Of a stretch of 64,000 nucleotides of DNA, positions 50,706 through 64,000 are shown piece after piece; position 1 is the stretch's first letter, and the number at the start of each line of letters is the position of its first letter. Source of the stretch: Eledone cirrhosa (taxonomy: Eukaryota); contig OZ024740.1 of the NCBI GenBank assembly GCA_964016885.1, forward strand, positions 222,022,001-222,086,000, written 5' to 3'. Below the pieces are notes generated by a model. The model made no database searches and was not told the DNA's origin. It was given only the letters and a program-made list of their open reading frames with translations. The position numbers and the translations under genes are program-made.

Positions 50706-53700
50706 GTCGAACAAATAATATACATAAGGTTATAAATATTATAACTATTACAAATTAATAATCTATTAATATAAATAAAATACCTGCAATAATATAAGCA
50801 GCACACCACGTGCATTTATAATCATATTAAAATTCTTTTTATATGGCTGTAACATTCATAATTCTAGTGAGATAATTATATCAGGAATTTCTGTTAAAGA
50901 TAACTCTGTTAAAATAAACTATCTATATTATGAAATTAAGAAAATAACCTATTTGTGTATGCATATACGAGTATCTACTTGTGAAGCAATTGATAACATA
51001 TTTAATATGGCAAATACAATAACATAAAGGGACTACACGTGTATCAAGAAAAGGTAAACATTCTTGAATAATATTTACGCAATTCAAACAACTCAAGGGT
51101 TAAGTACGTACACACTGCATTAGTGGAGTCACATTTTTTATTCATGCGCATGAACACATATTAATATGATAAAAGGCAGACATATATACACACACATTTA
51201 TATAAATGTATACATGGTATGCGGTATGCATATATCTATGCATGGGGCCGCAACTCCTGGTGGAATCGTAGGGGTACAGTCGTGGGTACTTTAAACCTGG
51301 CAGATCTCACCTCCATCTACAGGCGCGAACACAGCCAACTTGCCCAAGAGAAAGAGTGAGAGAGTGAGAGAGAGGAAATAAGAGCGAGGGAGAGTGAGAG
51401 AGAGAGGAGGGGGATAGTGAGAAAGAAAGAGAAAGAGAGAGAAAGAGAGTAAGAGGAAATGAGAAAGATATAATCAACCCCAGAGGAAATAAAAAAGATA
51501 TATAATCCACCTCGAAACTTTGAACGACAGAGATGACGTTGGCAGGATTTGAATACAGAGAGTGTAGCAAGCTGGAACATATACTGCAAAGCTTCATGAC
51601 TGAACTCCCAAAGACTCTTCCAATCCACCAAAAGATATGTAGATATATAGATATGCATGTATATGTATGTATCAATGTATCCCATCTCTTTTTGGCAAGC
51701 ATCGTGTATTTCGGACTTCCTTTATTTTGTTATTTCTACGAACTGCAATGTGAGATTTGAAGGCTAATTGGGTGCTATTTCTACCAGATAAGTCACACTG
51801 TCAAGGCTAATTTGTTTTCACGTAGCAAATATTATCACCATTAACATGTTATTGAAACCAAAATAAGTGCTACGGTATGGAACAGCGCTGAATAAAAGGA
51901 AATTTACATTTGTTTGTTCCAATATTCGATTATTTAGCATTCATAATTAGAGAACAATGGAAAATGTTGGAAAGAATTCCACCGAAGTTGTTATAAATAT
52001 ATTCTCACAGAATGTGTCATTATTAACCTAGATTATTGGCTAATTTACAAACTTGGGTGAAAATAAAAAGTACAGACAAACCTTTCAGCATTGTGAACAC
52101 ATACTAACATCAAATCGACTTCATTACTTATTCGTGCCACTCACTTTCTGTGGTCATCAACTATTTTTCATGAACAAACATTTTGAATAGATTGAGTGGT
52201 GATTTGCAATTTTCCCCTTGTCAACTCTTGTTCTATTCGGGTAGAAACTGTTGCTAGAAACGATAGTGGAACTTTGTCACTTGTGTAATAAATGTCACTA
52301 ACTCAGTGACATATTTAGCAGCAGAGATTGACTTTGTGGCATTAGCAATTAATCAGTGAAACCACTCCACCACGAAATGCACTTCATGCTGACGACTCGA
52401 ATAATGTAGCCGCAGATAATTCACTATTTCGTTTTTTATGCAAATAAGGTAACTTTAATGGAAAATAAAAATAATTGCGCTATTTCGTAAGTTGTCTTCT
52501 GTTCAATTTCTTTGAATAATTTATGAACTCTATGAGCTCGCCACTGGACAGTGAAGGATTGATTAAAAAATGTATTGAATACTAACGCAAGATGGTAGGT
52601 GAACGATGTAGCTTGGTGTTCAGAATAAAGATTTACGGAAGTAATTTTATTGTGTTGAAAGCAACAAGTATCAAAAGCATGGCAACAGTTGCTTTTAGAA
52701 ATAAAATGGACAATTTTTAGTATGGATTACCATATCTGAGGTTACGATTAGCATATTAAAGAGAGCAATAAATTTTAGATTTAATTCAGCAGTATTAATT
52801 TTGATCAAAAGTCGGACATTTTCCTGACTAGTTTCCTATTATTATTCTAATAGAATACAATGTATAGATGTTTTGTTTCATTTTAAGTATGCTTTTTAAA
52901 TATTTACGATATGTTCGCAAAGATCACAGTGCAAATAAAAACAATTCCACTGCATATGTTTAAAATATGAAAAATTGAAATAAATGTTCAATATCAAATA
53001 TCGCTACTAATGAAATTACTGCTGATAACATCTAGATGGCCAACGAGTTAACCTCTATTGAGTGCTTGACCTACTATAAATAGCAAACAGTTATGTCACA
53101 TTCAATCGTCTACTATATCACAAAAGAAAAAAAACACATTGTATAATGTAGTCCTAGATATATTATGTCGATAATAAAGACTGCATGATCATAGATATGA
53201 TGATTTCGATCGTAGGTCTGCTCGAGTAGGTTTCACTTGGAGTTAGATAACAAGATCAAATATTTGAACTACGTCTCAATTTAATTGTATTGTAGTGAGA
53301 ACTACGTCGTAGTTCAATACAACAACTATATGTTTCTTTACTGGTAAACGAAGAGAATTAACCAACAAGAATAGCAAATATTTCCCTTGTTCAGTTTAAT
53401 CTTTATTGATATAAAATAAATCTTAACTTTATATAAGCCACCACCAATCTTCATTTGCCACTTCTATCAGGTTACACGGCGGTAAGTCTATATGAGTATT
53501 TCACACAAACATCCTCTTATACACAAAGCACATACTCTCTAAGACAGTCATGCCTTACATATTAGGCGGTTCTGCTTCCGCACTAAAATTCCTTTTGTTT
53601 TCTAATAATAGAGGTAGAAGCAACATGGCCGAATTGTTAAGATATTAACTTCATGATATTCAGCGTGACCCCATTGTGAGGAAACGTGGGCATGTATCAT

Positions 53701-54099
53701 TTACATTAGCCCCTAGTCGACACATGTCTCATGAGTGAAATTGTGTAGGTGAAAATGTGTTAGTTCGGTTGAATTCGACAATGTCTCTACATCCCTTTGC
53801 TCAACACCTAGCCTAGACCTTACAGAAGACGTTTATCAAGGTGATTCATCTATAGTTAGAGCAATCTACGTTACCCTTATTGAAACCTGAGGATATCACT
53901 GCCGATTGCTTTTAATTTGGTAGCTTTCCAGAGATCCTGGCCATCAGGGAGACACAGACCAAACCTTCTAGTTTGAAAACGTTTAAAACGATGACCGAAT
54001 ATCGCCAACATTTCAGTTCTTTAATTGCTTAAGTAAATTCAAACTCCGGGAGGTTAGAATTCGCTCCCAGATGTCCCTCGTGTACATAAAAATATGTTG

Positions 54100-54450
54100 A
54101 GTAACATTACTCGATAGCGTGCATAGCTCAAGGATCAGGGAGTCGCTACAGTTAGAGCCGCTACTTCTCCAAATTGATAGATCAATGCTCCGGTACTACG
54201 AGCATGCTGTTAGAATGTCAAAGGACATAATTGATGGACAGATTTTACGTGCAAGGACAACCGGCAGGAGGACCGAGCAGGGTGGTTAGATAAATTCAAT
54301 AGTTCTGTTAGCTTCCCTCTGGAAACCAGCCGTATCAATTATAGACAGGTGCATCTGATAAGGTCCTCTTGAAGGCGTGTCTGAGTACTCTGCCCTTACA
54401 ACTCCACTAGGTACAGGTGGCGGAAGACGAAGAAAAAGAAGAAGAAAAAA
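54100..54450 (+). mobile_element. RTE-clade (Expander/Rex3-like) 3' fragment
   Basis: VTLLDSVHSSRIRESLQLEPLLLQIDRSMLRYYEHAVRMSKD...ARTTGRR; GAA-rich tail. Confidence 0.75.
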
Positions 54451-54456
54451 ATAAAT

Positions 54457-54528
54457 AATAATAATAATAATTGTTTCTACTTTTGGCACAAGGCCAGCAA
54501 TTATTCCAGTGTATTACTGGTACTTTAT
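54457..54528 (-). mobile_element. Meta-core SINE 3' half with (TTA)n tail
   Basis: Reverse complement ATAAAGTACCAGTAATACACTGG...GCTGGCCTTGTGCCAAAAGTAGAAACAATTATT. Confidence 0.8.
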
Positions 54529-57500
54529 GAAATCACCGGTAGTTATGTAAACATACACTCACCAATCCTCGATATGAGTGTTTAAATGTCGAAACTAAAC
54601 AGTTCGAATAACGGTGAAGTGGAGACTGGAATGTCATGTGACAGACTCTCACCCAGCACGTGCTCCCTGGCCCAGCAGCAGGGACCTGGCTGTAATCCAA
54701 ATACTGTTGGTGTTGGAGGAAGAAGAAGAAGGAAAGGGACCAGAACCAACTGGACGAAAGAATTGAATAGAACTGTTATGCAATGTTACCTGAAGGGTAA
54801 TCCCAAGGAAAAAGGCTATAGCAAACGGATGCATAACATCTGGAACGAGATTGGTCTATTTAAATTAGATGAACAAAAATTGGCCTGGCAGGCTCGGGTA
54901 ATAAGAGCTAATGGGTGGATAAGCGAGCTGGAACTGGAGGAACTGAGCAGAGATATTAGGTTGGAAATGGAGAGTGGAGTATGCCAGGCAAACGAGCCAG
55001 TGGGAAATGAATGTAAAGAGGTTGAGAGAACGGAGGAAGCATCCGAAGCAGACAATGATCTGAATGCTGAAATAAATAATACCTGGAACAAAGATACGGC
55101 CATTGAGGAAATGAATGCTGACGGGCTAGGACAAGATTTGGTTGATATCCTAAACTTAGTGGTAGATGAAATGAACAATGATAGTGTGAAACCTATGAAC
55201 CTAAGATTTGTAGACAGGAAAAAGTTAAAAGAAACAACAGCTAGCGTAAACAAAGTCATCCCATACCTTGAGGCGAGGAGCCTTCACCAGTGCAACAATA
55301 TCCTCAAAGCAACAGCAAATGCGGTGAGGAAATTACTTGGCATAAGAGCGAGAGGAAACAACAAACAAGAAAGATCAGAACCTTGGTGGAAGAAACGACT
55401 GAATGGTCAAATCAGGGAAATGAGAAATGACATTGGAAAGCTTGGGTCCCTACTGAATGGGACACTAAAAAACATAGACACTAAAAATAGACTGGAAATA
55501 AAGTATACAACTAGGTGGAAAAAGCTAAATATTATCATAGAGGAACTGAGGCAACGCATTGTAGCAAAGAGTGCAAAGATTAGGCGATACGAGAGCAGAG
55601 TCAGTCAGTATAGACAGAACCGCATGTTTGACAACAACCAAAAGATGTTGTTTGGACAGCTTGAAGGGAAAGAAAGAGGCAACGACTTGATCCCTGAGGC
55701 GGAACAATCTAATACATTCTGAAGAGGAATATGGTAGAATGGATGTTAAACATAACGATCAGGCAGTGTGGATTGAGACAGTACAAAAGGAGATTAGTGA
55801 ACAGGCACACCAACAAACTGATTTGAGTATCACAGTTGAAACTCTTAAGGGGCAGGCCAAAAAACTAACCAACTGGAAATCACCAGACCCAGATGTTCAA
55901 TGATTGCTTGATGTCAGGTGATGTACCAGAATGGTTGACAAAAGGTACCACAGTTCTGGTAATGAAAGACCGAATCAAGGGTAATGATGTTACCAACTAT
56001 AGACCTATCACATGTGTGTCCGTAATGTGGAAACTGTTAACAAGCATTGTGTCTGAGGAAATCTATCATCACATCCACATAAACAACTTATTACCGGACG
56101 AACAGAAAGGATGCCGAAAGAAGTCCCGTGGTACAAAGGACCAGTCATTATTGATAAGATGGTAATGAGGAATTGCAAGAGGAGACACACTGGTCTTGCC
56201 ATGAGAAGGATAGACTACAAAAAGGCATTTGACATGGTGCCTCATTCTTGGATCACCAAAAGCCTAGAGATCTTCAAGGTGGCAGATAACATCAGACAGT
56301 TGTTGGGCAAAAGTATGAAGTCCTGGAAAACAGAGTTAACATCAGCTGGAGAATCATTGGGAGGCGTGAAGATCAAGAGAGGTATCTTCCAGGGAGATAG
56401 TTTGTCCCCTCTGTTATTTGTCCTTGCCCTGATCCCCCTGACCATTATACTGCGAAAAGTGAGAGCAGGATACAGGTTGGGAAAGGGATAGCTTACCATC
56501 AATCACTTCTTCTTCATGGACGATCTTAAGCTCTTCGGGAAGAGTGAGAAGGAGTTGGATGTGCTTGTTGACACTGTCCGTATTTTCAGCAATGATATAT
56601 GTATGCAATTTGGTATTAGTAAGTGTGGAGTCCTTGTGATGAAGAGGGGGTAAATTGAGCAGAAGCAATGGAATCCAGCTACCAACAGGTGAGATGATAA
56701 AGGAAATTGACACTGAAGAAGGATACAAATGTTTAGGTGTTCTGGGGGCTGATGACATCAAGAACAAGAAAATGAAGGAATAGATAAGATCTGAATACAT
56801 TCGGAGAGTAAGGAGCGTATTAAAGTCACATCTGAACAGTAGGAATGATATAAGTGCAGTAAATTCTCGAGCTGTGTCTATTATTAGGTACAGTGCGGGA
56901 ATTCTGAGAAGGAACGTTGCTGAACAAAAAGAAATGGATAGGAAAACTAGGAAGCTATTGACTATCTACAACATGTTCCACAAGAGAAGTAATGTCGATC
57001 GACTCTACTCAAGGAGATATGAAGGTGGAAGAGGTCTTATCAGCATAGAGGACTGTGTTCAGATGGAGAAAAATAACCTATACAAATACGTGACTGATAG
57101 TATGGAGCCAATGCTCAGAATTGTACTGAATGAGAGGATAATAGACCAGGGGATGTCCAAGGAGAAAATAACAACAAGGAGAAAGAGCAACCTTCATGAC
57201 AAATTCCTTCATAGTACCTTCTTTGAGAAAACTGAATTTAGAGATCCACAGACATGGAACTGGTTGAAAAGCGGAGACCTTAAAAGGGCTACAGAAGGAA
57301 TGCTAATGGTTGCGCAAGAGCAGGCCCTCAAAACGAAGTGGCTGAAACACCATATTTACAAGGGGGAGGCTAGCCCACTGTGTAGGATCTGTGGAGAGAG
57401 AGAGGAGGCTGTGGCTCACATTGTATCCGAGTGTAAACACCTAGCCCAGACTCACTATAAAGGCTGGAGACATGATGTGATGGGCACCTATGCAAAGTAA

Positions 57501-58010
57501 ATAATTTACCATATTTTGAGAAGTGGAATGAGCATAAGCCAGAGTCGGTGATAGAAAACGATTAAGTGAAGGTGCTGTGGGATTTTAGGATACAGACGGA
57601 CAAAAACTGGAACACAATAGACCTCACCTGGTGGATTTGGACAAGGAAAAAAGATCGTGTCTGATTGTGGATGTAGCCTGCCCATTCGACACAAGAGTAA
57701 AAGAGAAGGAGAGAGAGAAAATTAACCGATACCAGGACTTAAAGTGGGAGGTAAAAAGGATTTGGAACTGCCATGAAGTCAAAGTGGTCCCGATTGTCAT
57801 AGGCGCACTAGATACTATCTCAAAGAGTTTCCAAGGATAGTTAAAGAAAATTGGTCCCGACCCGCTTTTTGGAACACTTCAAAAGGTATGCTTGCTGGGA
57901 ACAGCAAGAATCCTCCGATACGTCCTGAATATCTGAGGCTGCAGGTAGTGGCTTGATATTCATTATAACAAACTTTCCAGTTAAATAACATTAATGACTG
58001 AGACTGAAAG
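54529..58010 (+). mobile_element. R4/Dong-clade RLE retrotransposon, near full-length pseudogene
   Basis: EPWWKKRL, RQNRMF, NWKSP, PEWLTKGTTVL, NYRPITC, DYKKAFDMVPHSWI, GIFQGDSLSPLLF, FMDDLKLFG, GGRGL, CRIC...HIVSEC, RHD, IVDVACPFD...RYQDL...VVPIVIGAL; ends at (AAT)n. Confidence 0.93.
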
Positions 58011-58026
58011 AATAATAATAATAATG

Positions 58027-61000
58027 ATTTCTTTATTAACCAAAAGGGTTTACATAAAGTAGACATTAAGGACAGTGCAGGACAATACAGGACGGTACAA
58101 ATGGGTATTTCTGCGTGTAAGAAATAAAAACAGAGGATGTAACAAAAAAATAACAATGAAAAATTCCCCAATAGGGGGAGACTTCGGAGGGACATTTGTG
58201 GAGAAAGCCCAGTAAAAGGCCACAGTGACCCTGACCACCAAGGCAAGTGCCCTCTCCCAGTTTTCCACATTTAATTTACAGATACATACTCAGAGTAGGC
58301 CCATTCACTCGGGCCATTCTTGCTTCTCTCACCCATCTTTCAACAAAATGCTGGGAAGAGAACACTTCCCTCTCTACTCTGATTTTCCTTTTCAAATGAA
58401 ATTTGAAAAAGTTAATCAGGGCATCACCGAAGAGGTAAGTGCTCGTCTTCAGCCCTTTCAAACGTGTCTACCATACTATCTCTTTCGCCATGGCCACCAG
58501 ACAGATAAAACTGCCTGCCCTTCCCGGCTAAACGAAGAGGGCGATGGACTCAGATGATAGCCGGATCCGTCCTACACACGACAGCAGGTGTTCGACATAA
58601 ACCCACAAGTCGGCAATTTTCGGACACTGGACGAGTGCGTGCAGGACGGTTTCGTCGCCCTGTTCGCATCTCGGACATGCCCGGCTGACGGCACCTCCAT
58701 GCCAGTAGAGTTTATCCCGAACTGGCAAGGCTCCTCGGTAGCACTTCCAGGCCAGAGATTTCTGGAAGTTGTCCATAAGGCCCCGGCCGGAAAGTTTTTC
58801 CGAAGAGATTGGCTAGTTGATTTTCGTCGACGCCTAGAGTTTCCCCAGTAAGTCGTCGCTCTCCCCCTCCAATAATCATCTATAGAACGCCGAGGTGGAG
58901 TTTCCACCGACCACATTGCCGGATTGGTCGAGGGCTGTGAGTGCCTGAAGACATTCCAGTCTCCAGGCGCTCCCTCTCGGTCTTCGCTTGACCTAGGACT
59001 GCAGCTCCGTCAAGGAAACGAGCTGGGGAAATACGTGTCTAGCAAACGGCGACCACACCTGATCACCGTCGAGGAAGAGGTGGAGATGTCGTAGCCTGAG
59101 CGCGTGTCTGCGCATCATCAGACACGGCATGCCCAGCCCTCCACGTAGCGGGTGTTGACAACAGATGGACCGCCTGACCATCGGAGCGCGTCCCTTCCAC
59201 AAAAAGCGAAAGAGCAAACGCTCCAGCGCAGTCAGGCGGGGCTTAGGACAAGGTATCAGATGTCAGACGCGATGTACGCGTTAGCTACCTCCGCTCGACC
59301 TTTCAGGGATAGCTTCCTCTCCGCCCATTTCTGGGTGAGAGAAGTCACCCTGCTCGTCACCTCGTCCCAGTTTTTGTCCGTCTGGAGTGTCCGGACTGAA
59401 CCAGACACCTAGCAATTTAACGGGTCCGTCCGTCAGGCGTCCGACGACGCTGTTGGACGGCATGGACCTGCCTCTCCAGGTGCCGAGCTGCAGGCCCACT
59501 GACTTTTCCTGGTTGATCACTGCTCCTGTCACCGCTTCGTATTCTCTTAGTGTTGTGCCGATCGCCTCGATGTGTTTGGCGTTCGACACCACAACGGTGA
59601 CATCGTCCGCATATGCTGACACGGATCTTCCGCATCCTAGTTTGCGCGGGACGCCCCTCAACGTCTCCAGTTTCTGCAGTAATGGCTCGAGAGTCAATAC
59701 CTACAAGAGGGACGAGAGGGGACATCCTTGGCGGACCGAGCGAATGATGTTGAACGGTTCCGAAAGGTGACCATTCACTCTCACCACAGAGCAGATGTCG
59801 CTGTGCTTGGCAGCGATCCAGCCTCTGAAGACGGGCGCAAAGGCAGCCGCCCTCAGGACTGCCGCTATGTAACGATGATCGACCCTATCGAAAGCTTTCG
59901 ACTGATCTAAATTGATCAAGGACCCACCCGTTCCAGGTTCCCTAGCTACTCGCTCTACAATGTATCGCATGAGGTGGAGGTTGTCGTGGATGGATCTGTC
60001 TGGAATGGCGCATGTCTGCGCCTCTCCCACCAGACCACCAACGACAAGCGCCAACCTCTTGCTAGCACCTTGACCAAAATCTTGAACTCTGTGTTTAGCA
60101 GAGTTATGGGCCTGAAATTATCTATGTTATCCCCCTTGTTCGGATCCTTTCTCAACAGTGCCACCGCTCCTCGGCTCACAGAGCTGAGAATTATCCTGTT
60201 CTGTTGCCAGTTGCAGTAGACGTCGGCCAAGAGGCCTCCGAACAAGTCTGGCATCTGTACGTAATGTTCATAGGGCAGACCATCCAAACCTGTCGATTTA
60301 CCCCTTGTGCAGCCAGTCATTGCCTCCCGTACTTCAACGGCTGTTATCGGCTTTTCGCAACACTCCGCCTCAGTGGCCGAGAGCCGCGGCAGTCAGTCGA
60401 GGTAGACACTAAAGTCCATCCCTCGACCCGGCCCACCGCTGCCCCCGAACAGCTGAGCGAAGTGTCGCTGAAAAGCTTCACACATTTGCCCGGGATCGAG
60501 TAGCATGCGCCCGTCGTGGTCCACCAAAGACCGGATCGTGGCTTTGTTGCCACGACGCGCCTCCGCCACTCGGGCCCATTGAACGGCTTTCTTCCCCTCG
60601 TGTCTGAGAGCACGCACCCTATCTCTGCTTTGCATTGAAGAATTGGTCAAGGGCCAATTTCGCCGCAAGTACGTCGGTCACGATGCCTTTGCTAAGCGCC
60701 TCGTCTAATTTTCTAACTAGTTCTCCCTCTGCTCTATTTTTCTCTATTCGTAAAGCCTTACTAAACCTAATGGACTCTATTCTAATCGCTCTTTTCAGAG
60801 CAAACCACCACTTGTTGTTGACGATGGCCCCCATCAACGCCCGCTTAACTAGTTCGTTAATCCGGTCTCTGTAGGCCTTGCGCGCTTGTAAGGACGCGTT
60901 TAGTTTCCAGTAGCCGGGTCCTCGTCTATGAAAGCTATCTAAGTCAAGCACACAGATCACGAATTTGTGGTCCGTGTAGCTGACTATCTTGAATTGTGGA

Positions 61001-63963
61001 CAGCATATGCTAGACCTATCTATTTCCCTACAAAATACTCTATTTAGATATGATCTGGATGACCCTATGCGATTTGTCCAAGTCAACATTGGCACATTCG
61101 GGAAATCCAATCGGTACCTGTCAGACAGTTCAAAACGCCCGAGCAGGTTGGTGAGGCTCTTGCACCCTCCTCCCCTATCCGCTAATCCCACACAGTCCCA
61201 GCGTGCATCTAAGATCCCGTTCCAGTCGCTCACTAACACTAAAGAGCGGGACGTTCCAAGAAAGGTCTCCAGATGCGGAAGAAATCAGGCCGCCCTGCTC
61301 CTGTCGGGGCATAGACGGCCACTAGCCTGATAAGCTTGCCCGTCTCCGCTGGTCACGTCCAGCACCATCAACTTACCATCTGGGTCCAGGAAGATGGCCC
61401 GTATGGCGAGATCCAAACCTCTCCGAAAAAGCACAGCAACTCCGCCCCCGATCCAGGACGCCTGGGAGATGCGTACACATCGTAGCCGCCGAAGATCGGT
61501 GCGAAGGCCCGTGCTTCGGAGATTCTGGTCTCGCTGATGGCCACTACATCTATGTTTAGTGACCTGAAGTCGTTGAGCAGGTGGCCCTGCTTCCATGACG
61601 ACCCCAAGCCACGCGCATTTATGCTGCCTAATCTGAGTGAGGTCATGTTGAAATGGAGTGGAAAAGATGGGAAAGACCACTTACAGTACTTTTCGTAGAG
61701 GAAGGATGGTTTCTCCATCCCTTTTCACTTGATCGTCTGGTGAAGGGACCGTTGAATCTTCCTTTCTGCTGGTCGTCGGCTCTTCTATGAGTATGTCCGA
61801 ATATACTCTCCGGTTGAGAGTCCCTCCTAGGTCTCTGAAATCACCAACTGCGTTGGGGAATTTCGTTTTAATGTTTGTGCATTGTTTCTGCGCTATTCTT
61901 ACCAGTCTTATGTTCGTTGGTGTTTTGATTAGTGCTGGTATTATGTAGTAGTGCTGTGAAATATCTGTGTGTTCAATTATGTAAGTCATTAGTTTCTTGT
62001 TGTGTGTATTTATTGCCGTGCATTTGTTTTTCTGGCGGTGGGGTGTGGTTCTGCTATTTTCTTGTCGTTGTTGCTGGTTGTGTGTGTTTTGTTGTTGTGT
62101 TTGCGATGTTGGTGCTTGTGGTGGTGGTGTTGAAGGTGTTGTTGTTGTTGGCGGTAGGGTTGTCGCCGGTGGTGATGGTGGTGCTAGTGTGGGTGGTGAT
62201 GGTGTTGGTGGTGTTGCTGCTGTGAGTCTCTTTGCAGTAGCCTTTACCCTTTTTTCATTTCTTTCCTCCCTTTTCGAAGGCAACGATGCGCTGCTCCTGC
62301 GTTTGTGCCTTCTTGCGACCTTTTGCCATCCCTCTCCCACCTCACACTCCATGTCCGATTCTGTGAGGTCGGGGAGGGGTACCAGCTCCACTCATTCACT
62401 TGTTGTTGTTGGTGATGTTTGCAGTGGAGTCTCTTTTGCAGCTGCAGTTGGTATTACTGATGTTGTTGTTAATACTTCCACTGCTGCTGCTGTTCTTGAT
62501 TTCCGTGGCGTGGCTATGGGTGCCACGGACCTATCGTTCCTGGTTGCCGCTTGTCCTGTTTCTGGTAGCAGTGGAGCCGGTTTCGGAAGGAGGGAGGTTT
62601 TCTCTTTTCTTAGGGTCTTCTCGTTGCAGAAGGCCCTGAGGTGAGTCTTCGATCCACAGCGAAAGCATTTCGGGCGTTTGCTCTCAACACTTATGGGCAA
62701 TTGAGTGCCGTTATCGAAGTCTATCACATCCGGGATAGCTTCGATGCACTCCTGGTTGGTTTGGATTAACATCTCAATGGAGGTGCCGACCCAATCTTCT
62801 CTTACTTTTTTCTGTACTTGCAGTACAGTTGTTTTGTCGATTCCGACAAGGACAGACGCGGCCAGCCAAGAAGGGGCCATCCCGGGGGGAACGTGGGTCA
62901 GTTTGACCCTCACAATTTTTGCCCGCAGTAGGAGAGCACCAACATCATTTCCTCGCTCCTTAGGGTCACTAAGGATTGAGCCTTTGCCTCCTGGGGTGTG
63001 GCAAAAAGCACGTCTACGGTGGATATTTCTTGCCTCGGGTGATATGCGTTTTCCGCTGCCACACAGACCCTAAGGCTTTTTGTATTTGAGCATCTGTGGC
63101 TCTTTCAACCCTACGGGATTTTGTGCTCGGTGTCCGGTTTTCGTCACCATCTTCTTTGCTTCCTGTTATTCCTCATTTGTTATGAGGATGGTTTCCAGGT
63201 TCTTTGCGATACCTGCAAACGAGATTGGTTTTTCTTTGCTGCTGCTGCTGTTGTTGTTGTTGTCGTCAGAGCTGCTGTAACTTTTGTTGTTGCTGCAGGT
63301 ACTACGACTACTGCCGCCGCCGCTGTTGCTGTGGTTGTTGTTGCTGCTGCTGCTGTTGTTGTTGCTGTTGCTGCTAATGCTGTTGTTGTTTATGCTGCTG
63401 CTGATGCTGTTGCGGCTGCTACTGTTGTTTTCCTTGTCACTGTTGCTGCTGCTGTTATTACGGCTGCTACTGCTACTATTCATGACGTCAGACGAATGAA
63501 ATGGGTTTTCGTATTTACCGCACACCTTTTTCGTCGTTGTCGTCGTCGTGGAGAAATGTTCCATTTTTTGCACGTGATTTTGGAAACTATTTTTCTTTAC
63601 TGGCGTCGCTTGCGAAAGAGAAGGGAGGGAGAGAGACACATTTAGAGAAGGGAGGGAGAGAGACAATCTTCTCTCTGCTGTAGTGACGATTGAGGAAGAA
63701 GAAGACGGAATGAGTGGGAGTGACTTGTGAAAATTCTTTTTCGTAGCCATGTTTTTTTTGTTTAAAATAAATATTGGGCACAAAACTCCAATAAGCGGTT
63801 ATTTAACCCCGAAGGGCCAAATAACGGGCAGAAAGACCCCTCTCACGAGGAAGAGGGTGTTTTTGTTTACAATTTGGTTAAAGTTTTAAAAAATTTACAA
63901 TTGTTATAGCGGTCAAAATTTACAATACCTTACAGAGCCGAGCCTCCGTCAACCATAGCATTC
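58027..63963 (-). mobile_element. Tx1-clade LINE copy 3, near full-length, pseudogenised, between (TAA)n tracts
   Basis: ORF1 fragments 63783-61681 with CFRCGSKTHLRAFC; ORF2 and 3'UTR closely match copy 2; (AAT)n at 58011-58025 and 63964-64000. Confidence 0.95.

Positions 63964-64000
<37 letters not shown>

Noticed and set aside
49277-50758. Reflectin-like or other host repeat protein, or CRISPR array
   Set aside because: No reflectin MD-x5-MD motif or Tyr/Arg richness, no unique spacers, and the unit traces to an RTE fragment on the opposite strand.
54529-54610. HDV-like ribozyme at the Dong 5' end (TCCTCG)
   Set aside because: Could not form P2/P3 of the nested double pseudoknot by eye.
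61932-63645. Val/Ala/Leu-rich plus-strand ORFs (also 24928-25392 on plus and 9895-10323 on minus)
   Set aside because: Antisense shadows of the low-complexity Thr/Pro/Asn-rich Tx1 ORF1.

Overview
AT-rich, microsatellite-saturated eukaryotic intergenic or intronic DNA. The repeat content (Meta-domain and CORE-type tRNA SINEs, long (AT)n/(GA)n tracts) suggests a coleoid cephalopod such as Octopus; this is inference. No host gene exon could be supported, and most short ORFs in the track are microsatellite or antisense artefacts. The window is a pile-up of decayed mobile elements: three Tx1-clade LINEs (two near full-length between (TAA)n tracts, one 5'-truncated between (TATC)n tracts), two CRE-clade and two R4/Dong-clade RLE retrotransposons, RTE fragments, Penelope-like (GIY-YIG) fragments in (AT)n, a head-to-tail Helitron-like array and SINEs. 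The most notable signals are: (i) six hammerhead ribozyme motifs with intact cores and about seven decayed ones, including one with an ~88-nt stem II insert and a ~214-bp ribozyme-bearing mini-element present twice; (ii) several foldbacks, including a ~2.4-kb inverted duplication centred on a Penelope/hammerhead fragment; (iii) microsatellite-specific Tx1 subfamilies with apparent ORF1/5'UTR exchange; (iv) a 42-bp minisatellite born inside an RTE fragment that creates a 493-codon antisense ORF. All alignments, identities and folds were judged by eye.
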